A stretch of DNA of 63,846 bases, counting the filler, from Collodictyon triciliatum (taxonomy: Eukaryota): NCBI GenBank assembly GCA_043381765.1. It is 6 parts of 6 records of this genome, joined end to end, with 100 filler letters (N's around TTAATTAATTAA, not from the genome) between each part and the next. Parts side by side here need not be neighbours in the genome. Positions count along the whole stretch, not along the records: positions 50,927 to 61,699 come from JBHJMP010002568.1; positions 61,800 to 63,846 come from JBHJMP010002686.1; 4 more parts are not named here. One strand, written 5' to 3'. The notes below the pieces were generated by a model. The model saw nothing but the letters and a program-made list of their open reading frames with translations, was not told where the DNA came from and made no database searches. Each line of letters begins with the position of its first letter. Position 1 is the first letter of the stretch. Positions 51,085-63,846 of the stretch are shown here, piece after piece. The position numbers and the translations under genes were made by a program.

Positions 51085-53277
51085 CTGTGAACGTACATCA
51101 TCTTGATTATGTGACTTGCAATCGTCAACAATTTTTTCCGCTAATTCGATCATACTCTTTGAATTCTCATGGAAAAGCCCACTAACAATCTGAATATGCA
51201 TAACACGTGTGTGCAAAAGGTTAAAAAAAATTATACACCAAAACGACTGTTACCGCTGTCACCATCTGATATTGGAGAGCTTGGCTTATATGAACTAACC
51301 GTTATACATAGTCCTATGTAGATTATGAACTTAGTAAAGAGGTGTGAAGTTAAAAATCATGTACAATTTTACTATGTACCTACTGAACGTACTTTGTGCG
51401 TCTTGTACCTGGAATAATTTATATTTTTTTTAATCACACATGTTTGAAAATCTTGAGAATAATGAGTGAAATGGAGCAACCTTTTCGATGCTGTGCTTAT
51501 TATGCTAGATAAATGTGTTTGCAGTGTTAGCGTCATGATACAATTTGAATAATAATTTCAAATATTATTGTGTGCAATTAAGATTCGTCATTTAAAACAA
51601 TATGGATTTAAGATCCATGAAATCATACTCATAAAATTTCTCGATACTACGGACCACATGATGGTCTATCTTTTTGTATTTGTATGGAAATATAATAGAT
51701 ATGCACATAGCTGTGCATTTCAGTCCTTGATACGTCGGTAAAGAGGTGAAATCGGTGGTTATCGAGCTCATCACAGGCCTTGATTTATAAAAAAAAAAAA
51801 AATAGCTCAAAAATTATCGTATTCTTCATCAATGATTTTTGTATTAGATACATACGTGGGGTACACGTTAGAGAGTAAAAAGTCTGTTTTATTCTTTTTT
51901 ACTTCAACAGACGTCTCAGTCCACTTCAGTCTTTCAGCCCATAGGAAGGACCTTTTCGAAATTTTAGCAGTTTGTCAACATTTTGTCTAAAGTTTTAAAT
52001 ATTGAAAGGTCCTACTTTTTCTTTTGAAATTCAACCATCCCCAGAACTGTCATGCTCATAGTACTGGTCAATACAAGTGTCGATAGGGCTCTCATTACAA
52101 CATCTGTTTCAAAATTTGTCGTCCATGAAAGTAAAATGAAAGCGAATAGACAAGAAAAAAATGTCACAGAACATTGCACAACGTAGTCCCCTGGCATGAC
52201 TATCGTAAATGCCTGGTATTTAATGGGTAGTGTGAAAAAGAAATTACTACTAAATGGTTCCTTCAATTTTACATATGTTTTTCATGCTGATCTAAGATAA
52301 CGAAAAATTAAGTATTTCAATTTTGAAATTAACCAGTATAAGCACTTCGACTTCAATGAGGATTCGTTCAGGAATTATAGCAGATGGTAGTATTAAAAGA
52401 ATAACTAGACAAGAGTAGCATATTCCGTTCGCCCGTCTGTAAATTCTATAATTTTTTTACAATTAGGTGTCCAAAAATAGATATTTGATTGAGGCTACAG
52501 GTTTTTATGAAAGATAAATTATTACGTAGATAGGTGAATCTCGTTGACATTTTTTCTCAATCTACGTCGAAGTGTGAAACACAAGATGAGGAAGAGGAGA
52601 CTGGATAGCGCAACAGCGACATACAAAAGAGCCCGGGAAAGAGAAGTGGAAAATCTATGGTAGATTGATAGTCATGCTTCCCATCATTTGTAGATACACA
52701 TGTGTAATGAAAGGTACATGTTGTAGGCTTGATTAATGCCGTAGAGAAAGCAAATTGCGCTGCATTTTATGGAAAACGGCAACTCATTTCTGACTGCATA
52801 CGTTACATATAGGCTTTCAAAGTTAGGGTCCATGAACCTTTAAAAAAAAAATACCTAATTTAGTTTTTTACAGGATATTTCATGGTATATACTCTTATGT
52901 CTAAAGATGTATTTGTTTATGGCGACCTTAGACTTTTTCTATTGATTTCCTCCGTGATTAATAATTTTTTTGTTTGGTCCTCTCTCAAGAAGCTATGCAG
53001 AATATCTGGTTCTTGGGTATTAAAGGACTCGGTATCATCATTAAGCTGGCTTTCCCCGCCACTTGCAAAACTATGCTCGATTGAGTTTTTTGACCCGTAC
53101 ATATCGTACGAATGATGTGCGCCTTTGCTCCTATCAAGCGGAGCTCTTTCCTGATTCATCCTTGGCTGTCCCATGGAATAAAAATCTGTGATAGCTGTCG
53201 GCCTCTTCTGTGTCATATGTACTCGCCGTGTCTCTGACTTTTGCAAAATATCCATAAGCTGTGGTTGCCCATTATAA

Positions 53278-53342
<65 letters not shown>

Positions 53343-53387
53343 GTTCACAAGACTTTGCGTTGATTTTGATGACATGTCAACAGCCAT
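51085..53387 (-). CDS. Multi-TM protein with a degenerate class III adenylyl/guanylyl cyclase-like domain, 3'-truncated
   Basis: TM exons (52012-52266, 52570-52690), then YQGLKCTAMCISII ... YKTHKVRSVG|LCIT|IVSGL...MIELAEKIV, resembling cyclase VTILFSDIV / KVETIGDAYMIVSGL. Confidence 0.55.
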
Positions 53388-53609
53388 TCTTGAGTCAGAA
53401 AGAGATTCGTTTTGGAAGAAGCCAGCCCACCATATTCAGCTGTCCAACGGAATCGAATCCTAAAAGAGTAGTGTGCTCTGAAAAAGAGAGAGGTCTGTTT
53501 TTGCAATATTTCGAAATTAAGAGTTGGCAAAGCGGCGTAGCTCCGCAAATTGTTCGTGATTCGCTCGGGTGTACGCCGAGCTGTCTGAAAGCGCATCTGC
53601 AGTGTTTAT

Positions 53610-56600
53610 TTATTGTTTGCGAAGGAGGGGGCCAAGAACAAAGTAAAGTAGAACGCCTTGCACTAGAAAGAATGCCAATAGGCCTGGAGCGGCGTGCGAC
53701 TGCTCTCCAGCAAAAGCAAGAACTTCTGGGTCTTTGGTGATGGCTGTCATATGTTGAATTTAGCTTATGTTACAAGAAAACATGGAATAAGATTTATGTG
53801 GGGAAAAAACAACGATTTTCTGGTGCACACCTATAGGTATCGATATTAAAATATTGAAAATTGCTTCTCCTGTTAGTATTCCAGCAGAGAACAAGAGACC
53901 TTTCCTGTGCATTATGGTGATTATTTTTTGGTTGAAATGTATTTGTTATTGTTTATATTGCTGCACTTGATTGAGAAATCGAAAAAAATGAAAGTATTTT
54001 GGAGATTAAAAATATCGTGAATGATAGCTCACTTTCCTCCTTGATACTTTGCTATGTGGATGTCCAAAGTACCAGAAAATTGCTCTTCATTTTTTTCGTA
54101 GTATTCGTATATTTTGTTTCCAAGGTAGTAAACGAGGCTTCCGATAAACATCGGTACTAATCATATGATGAGTGAGCTTTATTTCTATAGTCGATTATCA
54201 TCGCAATACAAAATGAAGTGTTCATGCTTTGAATGAAGTGCATAAAAAAATCAAATGTAAATTCGAAAGGAAGAAAAAATACCAAAAGATTCTTGAGGCG
54301 CGTACAATCCAACAAAAAAAGCAAATGGTGATGAAAAATTGGATGTTTTCGTATACCACTCATAGGTGTAATTTAAAAGAAGACCAACTATTTGTATGAT
54401 TTCAGTTGTCTGCTCATAAAAATTATCATTATATTTTCTTGCATTTGCTTGGAATACTCGTGAAAATGTTGGTTGCTTTTCTCTTACTCGTGGCTATGGC
54501 ACATCCGATTGCAATTTCAGTCCAAGGAATATCATTATCTTCAATTCGCTTAGTAAATTCAGATATAAAGGCGGCCTAGCCCGATTTTATGTAGATGAAC
54601 TTATTATATATTGTAGCATCTTATTTTCACAAAGAAGCATACAACAAAGAAAAAGCATAAAGTCTCAAGGGTAAGTCCTTACAGTCGGGGCAGGCAACGG
54701 TGATTTATAGCCCTCATCGTCGTCGCCATCTCTCTCAATTCCGTATGCCTGTAAAGGAAGAATGGGAGGATATTTTGCATGTCTATAACCATATGTATAG
54801 ATAAGAAAACAAGAATACCATCGCTGATTAAAAATGTATTTACGTTGACCAATAGGTTGATTGTATATGGGGTAACGGCAACGCCAATTATTGTCCCGAC
54901 ATACTGGCATATACGGACATTTATGGGTGTTGCTCCGATCACCTCTGTTGTTTTTCGGGCTAGTATTTTCAAAAAAAAAAAAAAAAAAACATTAAATTCA
55001 GGCATCAAAGCTATGATGAAGCTTGCAACCACGAGGTAAAAAATGTGGTGGTTATATGAATTTGAATTATGTGATTGTAAATATCCACATTGTTGGTATT
55101 CGGCAGAGACAGATGAGAGACCGCATAGGACAGCGGCAAGAAAAATGGCCACAAAAGAACTTTCATGCATTTCAGAGTCTATTGGAGTGCGAATCAGATC
55201 ATATTGATATTATCAATAACCCCCTCTCCCCTGAGTCAGAATGACAAGTGATACATTTGCGAGGTAACACGAACGAACGAAAATCAATGAGCTTATAACT
55301 TCAATCTAATAAGCATTTAAAAACCTCCACTGATGGTAGAATCCCCATATAAAGACTGAAAGATACTTCCCATCGTCAAAACGACAAAGAGCGATATACT
55401 TCGACGGTTTGAAAGACAAAGTAACATATGTGAATTTTCAAATCATAATATTTACAAGAAAACTTTTAAAGTCTTTTAGATCCCCTTTAAACAGATGTAA
55501 ATAAAGAAGAAAGTAATTGAACCTGCTGGATGGAAATGTGCTAGTTCCCAGGGAAGCAACAGCGAAAATAGCGATGGTTGCAAAAAATATTCTATGAGAA
55601 TTTCAACAAACAAAAAAAATATTAAAATCTCCCTTATTTTTTCTCATTACGAGCTACTAATTAAAAGTTTCAAAAGATTACCCTAGGAGGAGAATCGCCA
55701 GTCCGCATAAAAATGAGGCCCAGACTCTACCAGTCCATATTTGAAATATAGGGATTGAGGCCAATATCAAAATAACAAAGCAAGTCGCTGTCCATTTCCT
55801 GGGGAAGTCACGATGCAGCCGAGACTTCTCCATTTCATGCCACCTCGCTGATGGCATTTCTTTCCCAAACTCATCGTAAACATCTTAATAATAGAATACA
55901 GCATTTACTTTTCCATGAGATAGCATTTATTATATATATTATTTTTACCCTAAACAATATTTCACATCTGATTTTGTTTTATATTATTTTTATTTTTACA
56001 AACAAAAAAAAAAAAACAATTAAAACATCAATCATGAGCGGTTTAAGAAAAAGACATACAAGATTTCGTACCTATGACCGCCTTCCGCTTCACCGATGAC
56101 AACAAAAAATAAATTGAGTATACTCCAAAGACAACGATTGCCCCAATCCCAATAAACCGAGAGTCTTTAAACCACAAATCCCTGGCAAATTCCGAGGGAC
56201 TTCCATCTTTTGCTATTGTATTTTTTTAGCAAGTTTCTCATTGATCTAACCCTCTTTTGAAAAAAAAAATCTAGATGAGACATACTCCTGGATATTGCTT
56301 TCAAGGGAAGTATTATCCACCAATTAGTCAAAGAGCCGGCTAAAGTAAAAAGGCTCACTCGAATTCCGAGGATAGTTCCAATAGCAGAAACGCTCTAGTA
56401 TCGGAAGAGAAGTTTCAAAAATATCCACCAAATAATAAATATGCCATTTCATAATTATAAAATTCCATCATTGTTTTTCCATCCATGTGTTTTATAAAAA
56501 TAAATAAAATCATATACACTGATACATATATCTCTTTATAAAAAAATTCAATTGAAATTCACATTCAACTCAAAATATTGCTGGTCTTTGAATCGAATAA

Positions 56601-57870
56601 AGGGGAGATAAAAACTCAAAAATTACTGGTGAAAGATTCGTGCCGATGTAGAAAACTGAATCACCAACATAAGAAGCTGTGTTAACTGATGATGGCCATA
56701 ACCTAAATATGAAAAAAAAATTGTGGAATAACGAAAGGGAGTATGCATGCATATTGGAGAAAAACTTACTTGAATCCATTCATAAATAGCGAATACAACG
56801 AGCCGATGACAGCTCCATAAGTCACTGGTCCGAGATCTCTGTTCTGTTTTCAAAATTGTTATTAAAATTACGTGGTTTCCTCTCTGATTATGCAAAACTG
56901 AACATACAATTCCTGCTTTCATTAGCTCCGAAATTGCTGTGCTTTCAGGGAAGGAAACCTTGCGATCAAAGACGATATAATTTCCAACAGTTGGAGCTAT
57001 TAGCATCTATTTGCGCAGAGTAACAATCACTTAAGTTTACCTTGAGGAGCTTTAAATAGGTAGATGCACAAAGATGAATGAATAGATCAAAAAGCATTGA
57101 TTGTGATCATTTACCCCAAGAAATGAACCAAGAGCTAGAACAATAGTTGTCTCGCCAACTTTTAACAATCTACCCCACCCCCTGTGTCATAGAGCAAAAT
57201 TGTCCAAAAGGCGTGAGGCTATGACGAAGACGCAATACACGAAATGGTAAATTAAATAAAAGTACAAACTCTCTGATCAATAAAGCTGGCATGACGAAAA
57301 TCCCCGTTGTTGCAGCATGTGACGCTTATAAAAATCGATTTAAATGTATAGAATATGTGCAGAGTAGATATTGGCTCCATGAAAATCCAGTGATTTAATT
57401 AAAAAGATAAATAAAAGGAAGAAAAGAAAAATACCAGCAGCAACCCCTGACTGGATGGCATTTATTTCGAGAATGCTCCAATCATGAAAATTATTCAAAA
57501 CAGTCTAATTGAATCAGGATTGAATAATATCATAAGTTAAATGGTATATTATCACCGTTATTGGTTTATTTAACCGTATAAGATTGTTTTCAATTATGGA
57601 AAAATGATTACTACAATTGACAAAAGTGATACAGAAAAATTTATTCGAGAAAAAAAACCTAATATTCTGAAATTGAAAGGAAATGCAAAGAAATATTACC
57701 AAGGATATAACAGTTGCAGGTATTGATGCAGATATGGTTATTCCAGATAGTAGGCCTAGGTAACAGTTTGCTGATGTCATGACTAAGCTAAGTACAAATA
57801 GCATGGCGAAACCACGAGGGGTCAGCTCCTTGGCTGTTGAATCAGCAGATACAACAGGTCCCTCTCCTGT
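53610..57870 (-). CDS. OPT-family oligopeptide/metal-chelate transporter; start lost in gap
   Basis: ELTPRG..ANCYLGLLSGITISASIPA, SFPESTAISE, KTTEVIGATP, AYG...PLPAP, IPWTEIAIG, GLLFSAGILTGEA; stop at 53610-53612. Confidence 0.9.
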
Positions 57871-58495
57871 NNNNNNNNNNNNNNNNNNNNNNNNNNNNNN
57901 NNNNNNNNNNNNNNNNNNNNNNNNNNNNNNNNNNNNNNNNNNNNNNNNNNNNNNNNNNNNNNNNNNNNNNNNNNNNNNNNNNNNNNNNNNNNNNNNNNNN
58001 NNNNNNNNNNNNNNNNNNNNNNNNNNNNNNNNNNNNNNNNNNNNNNNNNNNNNNNNNNNNNNNNNNNNNNNNNNNNNNNNNNNNNNNNNNNNNNNNNNNN
58101 NNNNNNNNNNNNNNNNNNNNNNNNNNNNNNNNNNNNNNNNNNNNNNNNNNNNNNNNNNNNNNNNNNNNNNNNNNNNNNNNNNNNNNNNNNNNNNNNNNNN
58201 NNNNNNNNNNNNNNNNNNNNNNNNNNNNNNNNNNNNNNNNNNNNNNNNNNNNNNNNNNNNNNNNNNNNNNNNNNNNNNNNNNNNNNNNNNNNNNNNNNNN
58301 NNNNNNNNNNNNNNNNNNNNNNNNNNNNNNNNNNNNNNNNNNNNNNNNNNNNNNNNNNNNNNNNNNNNNNNNNNNNNNNNNNNNNNNCCCGGGAAATCGA
58401 TGGAAGTTTCTTTACTAACTCCAACCTACCATTCGCACCAAAGACTAGCTTGTATATGGTCTCTTTAATTCTTGCAATAATATTATCTTTTATAG

Positions 58496-59179
<684 letters not shown>

Positions 59180-59426
59180 GAGCAGCGTAACGAATCCTTT
59201 GCGTGCCAATAAAAGAAATCTGCAAGGAAGCAGACCAGAAATCCAAACCTTCCTTCGATGCCTATTTTTCTTAAGAAAAAAAAAAGACACCAAACAAAAA
59301 AAAAAATTTAAATTGTTATATAAAATTCATAGTACCATGGTATATTACAGGATACTGATGGAGTCTCTGGTTTGATTTATTATGCTCAAACAGCCCCACG
59401 CAGCAAATGAGATACGAAGCAGGGCC

Positions 59427-61389
59427 TCAATAAGCGTAGAATCCGCGCTTCGTCTTGCGTCCAAGCCACCCAGCATTGACATAGTTGACCAGCAGGGGGG
59501 CCGGTCTGTATTTGCTGTCGCCGAGCTGGGTATGCAGGACATTCATGATGGCGAGGCACTACACGCCGTTATCAGCATTAGCATAGATATTGATGACGAT
59601 GGTGGTGGTGATGGTAATGGTGATGTTTGGTGCACAAGCAAAGACAGCGACAATGCCATGCTACGCAAACTCGACAAAGCAGCAATGACACTCGTGCCGC
59701 AGAGTCAGGAATGGCGACAGCCTGGCGCGGGGCACACATCGGGCGGGGGCTTACGGTGTCCAGTCCGATGAAGTCGGCAAGAGTCAGAGGGCCCATCGGG
59801 ACGTTTGTGCCGAGCTTCATGGTTGTGTCGATGTCGTCGGGTGTTCCCACTCCCTGCAAACAACACTGTGGTGAGAAGCAGAGCAGGACAGCGCGATGGT
59901 TGCAATGACATGCGCAGAAACGGCGCACAGATACCTCCTGCAAGGCAAAGACCGCCTCGTTGATGTAGGGCATCAGAATGCGGTTCGCGATGAATCCAGG
60001 GAAGTCCTTCGACTGGGTGGTTGTTTTGCCCATCTTCGTCGCCAGGTCTACAGTAGTCCTGAGGGTTTCCTCGCACGTCGCCAGCCCACGGATGACCTCG
60101 ACCAGCTTCATGACAGGAACCGGGTTCATCTGTGGAGTGCAGAGTGTTTAGTTTGATTGCCAGAGGCTGGTGACAAGTGGAATCCTCTGTGAATCCACAG
60201 TAGTCATGTGAGTGAATCAAAAGGGGGAACATGCCTATCCACAGTATAAAAGGCTATGGGCTACATCCAAAATTCAAGAACTGGTGTCTTTTTTGTCTCT
60301 TTTTTTCTTTCTTCCTTTCTTGTATTAAAATTTATGAAATGATTTGCAGTGGGGGTGTCATACAAAGTGCATGCCAATCACACGCTCGGGCTTTTTGACA
60401 ACTCCGCCAATCTTCGTGATGGAAATGGATGATGTGTTGGACGCAAGAATAGTTCCTGGCTGGGTCACTGCAGAGAGCTTTCGGAAGATATCCAGCTTCA
60501 AATCAGTGTTTTCTGTGGCGGCCTGCATACAAGAAAACGTCACAATGTCTGGTTGCATTACAGCTACTACGTGCTTGCTCGATATATGTCGGAGAGTATA
60601 TGAGTCAAGAAGTATTAAATAATGATGTTACATTATACATAAATGATCAAACAGCGGCCATACATTTCAAAGCGTTGGAGTGTGCTATATGTATGTAATT
60701 ACCTCGATGACAAAGTCAGCTTCAGCAAGAGATTCAATCTTATCACTGGTGTGGATGCGAGACAGAATGGCATCGCGCTGGGAAGCATCAATCTTTCCTT
60801 TGATGATGCCTCGGTCCAAGACTCCCTCTGAATTACACGAGATATAGAGTGGATTTGAAAAGGAAGCATATTATGGTCGGGATAAGGTTTATAATATAGA
60901 TCTATTTGTATCGAAAGTACACAGAAACAAAGAGTGCAGCTAGAATTCAGCTTTGAAAAGAGAATGGGAAACTTAAATTTATTTGTATGTCCTTTTCTGA
61001 ATAAATGTGTCGGCCAAGAAAAAAACAATATGCGAATATTTGCGTCGTAGGAATAGAAAGGTGGGGTGTTGTGCATGCCAGCCCCATTGTCGCGGGGCAC
61101 AGTACCGATGCCCTTGATGGCTTTGTCTAGGCGGTCGAAGGAGACATCAACAATGGTCACCTGCAGGCCAGCGACCTCGCTTGCAACCTGTGCGATGCCG
61201 CTGCCCATTTGGCCCCCGCCAATGACGCCGATTTTCTTGATTCGCTGAAGCGATAATCAGACAGTGGACTGGGTGTTTGATTGTGCATTGGAGAGGAGAG
61301 GGGAGGATAATAGCATGCAGAAAGCCACAGAGAAATCAATATACCTCAACTCCATGGACGACGCTTTTGTTCCCATAGAAACGTTGCTG
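59427..61389 (-). CDS. 3-hydroxybutyryl/3-hydroxyacyl-CoA dehydrogenase, probably mitochondrial; first exon not resolved
   Basis: [86 protein letters not shown]. Confidence 0.93.
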
Positions 61390-61600
61390 CAGGGAGGAGG
61401 AGAAAGGGTATGTAGCCATTTGCTTAAGTATGAGGCCGTGGTAAAGCAGAAAGAAACAAGCGAGGTGGGGCTGCACTCGCCGCAGTCAGATCGCTGTGTT
61501 TGCAACCCCACCTGCCTCACCCTTGTTTTTACAGTACATGGACAACCAAGTTAACAAGCACATGGGCAACCAGTAGCATTGCCGACGGATAAGTGTAGGC

Positions 61601-61602
<2 letters not shown>

Positions 61603-61699
<97 letters not shown>
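61603..61699. repeat. (GA)n microsatellite at scaffold end
   Basis: Directly visible. Confidence 0.95.
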
Positions 61700-61799
61700 N
61701 NNNNNNNNNNNNNNNNNNNNNNNNNNNNNNNNNNNNNNNNNNNTTAATTAATTAANNNNNNNNNNNNNNNNNNNNNNNNNNNNNNNNNNNNNNNNNNNN
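61700..61799. other. Artificial scaffold spacer
   Basis: Same 100-nt spacer. Confidence 0.97.
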
Positions 61800-61977
61800 G
61801 AGAGAGAGAGAGAGAGNNNNNNNNNNNNNNNNNNNNNNNNNNNNNNNNNNNNNNNNNNNNNNNNNNGGATGCCAGAATCGAACGAGAATATGTTCTCTTC
61901 CTTCTCTTCAATATTGATATCTCTTTTAAATATTCTGTATTTCGAATTACAAATGTTTGATTTTCGTTCGTTTTGGC

Positions 61978-62675
61978 TTATATGTTACCACGATGCATTT
62001 GGCGCTTAGGATGAGAAGGGCTCTGAACGGATTTTGATTCATATTGCCCAATAGTTCTTTCAGTCAATGATTCATGGGGGTCAGGGATGGCCCTATCAGT
62101 GTGAATTGTATTTCTGTGTGTGATTATATCTTTGGCAGTTTGATTAAAAAAATTTACAAACGTAAATTGTAAACGACAAGCGGCATACCCTTTTGATTTT
62201 TCGTTTTGGACAATATATTCTTCTATTTTTGAGATCCTCTCGTTGAACAACAAAATAACTTTTTCAATCTGGTCAAGAAAGAGTCGTTAAATATAAGTTT
62301 GCTTTTTTTTTTCTTACTTTATTTTTCTGCATTTAAGTGAAGTTTTATTGAACGAGATATTCTTGAGTTAATAAACAAATATGTGATTCAGAATATTGAG
62401 AAGTATATACTAATATTAGAATAATCATTAAAAAATAAGAAACTAAAAAAAAACCGTTAAAGTGAAGACACTTTCATTTTTCTTCATCTATTTTCTGGAT
62501 ATTCAAAATGAATACATTACTTTAATCACTTGCTCGGATAGCTTCGAGACATCCCAATCCAGACTCCCTTGGTTAGATTCAGAAGAGTTCAAGTCAAAAG
62601 GATTTTCTGTTGCACCTAGTTGATAGCTTGTCGAATGGTAACCATAATTAATCAATGATATTTGGAAGAATAATG

Positions 62676-62773
<98 letters not shown>

Positions 62774-63663
62774 GGTAAACTACACGAGGGAACAACTCAA
62801 TTAGATAGAATTAACCAGAAAAGTGAGCTATTTAATTTCCCCTTCGTTTCTATTACAATTTCAAAACAAAAGACATAGATATTTACAAATAGCATGCCAG
62901 CTATTGATTCTTTTGGATTTAAAAGTAAGATAAAAACAAAAATAACTAATAGTACGTGAATGGGACCAATGACATCATAATGCCATCCCACAAAGACGCC
63001 TGCGCAGAAAGAAAGAGAAAGAAAGAAAAAAGAGAGAAAAGAGAGAGAAAAGAGAGAGAAAAGAGAGAGAAAAAAGAGAGAAAAAAGAGAGAAAAAGGAG
63101 AGAAAAAAGAGAGAAAAAGAGAAAAAGAGAAAAAGAGAAAAAGAGAAAAAGAGAAAAAGAAAAGAAGAAAAGAAGAAAAGAAAGGAAAAGAAAAAGATAA
63201 CACACAAATAAACCGAACAAAAAAAACAAAAAATCAAGAGCCTAGTTCACCTTGTGATGGCAGATATCTCTATCTGATAAAACCAACTTCCATCGGAGGG
63301 CGCCTTCCTCACCTCGCCGATAATCCCTTGGCAGCGGCTGCAATGCAAGTCCTGCGGAGACATACTTGCTTGGGCCGCACTGGGGACGTGGCGCCCGACG
63401 CGAACGGCAGTCATGCCGGACAGCAGCAGATGCGTGTTGTTTGAGGCCATCAGCCGCGTCGAGTCTCCAACCACCACAAGGCACTTCCTGCACTGGAAGA
63501 CGAGCGGCTGATCCTCCTCGTCTTTTGGCTCGGCCTGCTTGATCTCGGCCTCCCTTCCGCCTCGGCTGCCTGCTTTGCCCTTCGAGGCCGTCTGCCCTTC
63601 ATTCTCGCCCTGCAGATCAGCCACGACCTTTTTCTTGTTGCCCCCTGTCTTGCGTGTAGCCAT
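61978..63663 (-). CDS. MIS18: Mis18 (Yippee/Mis18 zinc-binding domain + C-terminal coiled coil)
   Basis: PLVFQCRKCLVVVGDS...LHCSRCQGIIG...ITR|YQLG, then helix IEKVILLFNERISKIEE. The 3' end is uncertain. Confidence 0.78.
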
Positions 63664-63699
63664 ACGTCCTGGCCTTCTCTTTTTCTTCTCCTTTCCTTC

Positions 63700-63740
<41 letters not shown>

Positions 63741-63846
63741 TTTTTTTTTTGTTGTGTTTTTTTTTTTTTTTTTGTTTTTGTTGTTTTTTTTTTGTTTGTT
63801 TTTCTTTTTGTTTTGTTGTTTCGTTTTGTTTGTTTTTTGCTGTTTT

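Noticed and set aside
54429-55170. Secreted small protein nested in an intron (ORF starting MHESSFVAIF)
   Set aside because: Its sequence (GATP, AYG, PLPAP, IPW) is the middle of the OPT transporter, and the apparent signal peptide is a TM helix.

Overview
Intron-rich, microsatellite-laden nuclear DNA of a eukaryote, probably a flagellated protist (it has ARL13B). The window is not contiguous. It is six scaffolds joined by an artificial 100-nt spacer (44 N + TTAATTAATTAA + 44 N), so neighbourhoods are meaningful only within a segment. Reading across GT-AG introns by hand gives about 22 protein genes: ARL13B, SAP18, SCOC-like, an FG-GAP membrane protein, an ankyrin protein, two claudin-like paralogues, TsaE, an LRR multi-TM receptor, EFCAB9-like, a damaged partial ATG7, SAC1, a P5B-ATPase, a tandem FAR-17a-like protein, a divergent histone H4, an SK-type K+ channel, ACADSB, a degenerate cyclase, an OPT transporter, NudC, 3-hydroxybutyryl-CoA dehydrogenase and Mis18, plus small unknown ORFs. 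There is one tRNA-Thr(CGU). Most notable: (1) the 3' end of a Fanzor/TnpB-like RNA-guided nuclease with a structured candidate omega-RNA; (2) a spliced bacterial-type TsaE gene directly downstream of a t6A-substrate tRNA; (3) an EFCAB9-like protein ending in a CaaX box; (4) a compact integrin-alpha-like protein; (5) a truncated, frameshifted ATG7. All family calls come from motif recognition and manual splicing, with no database searches, and exon boundaries are predictions.
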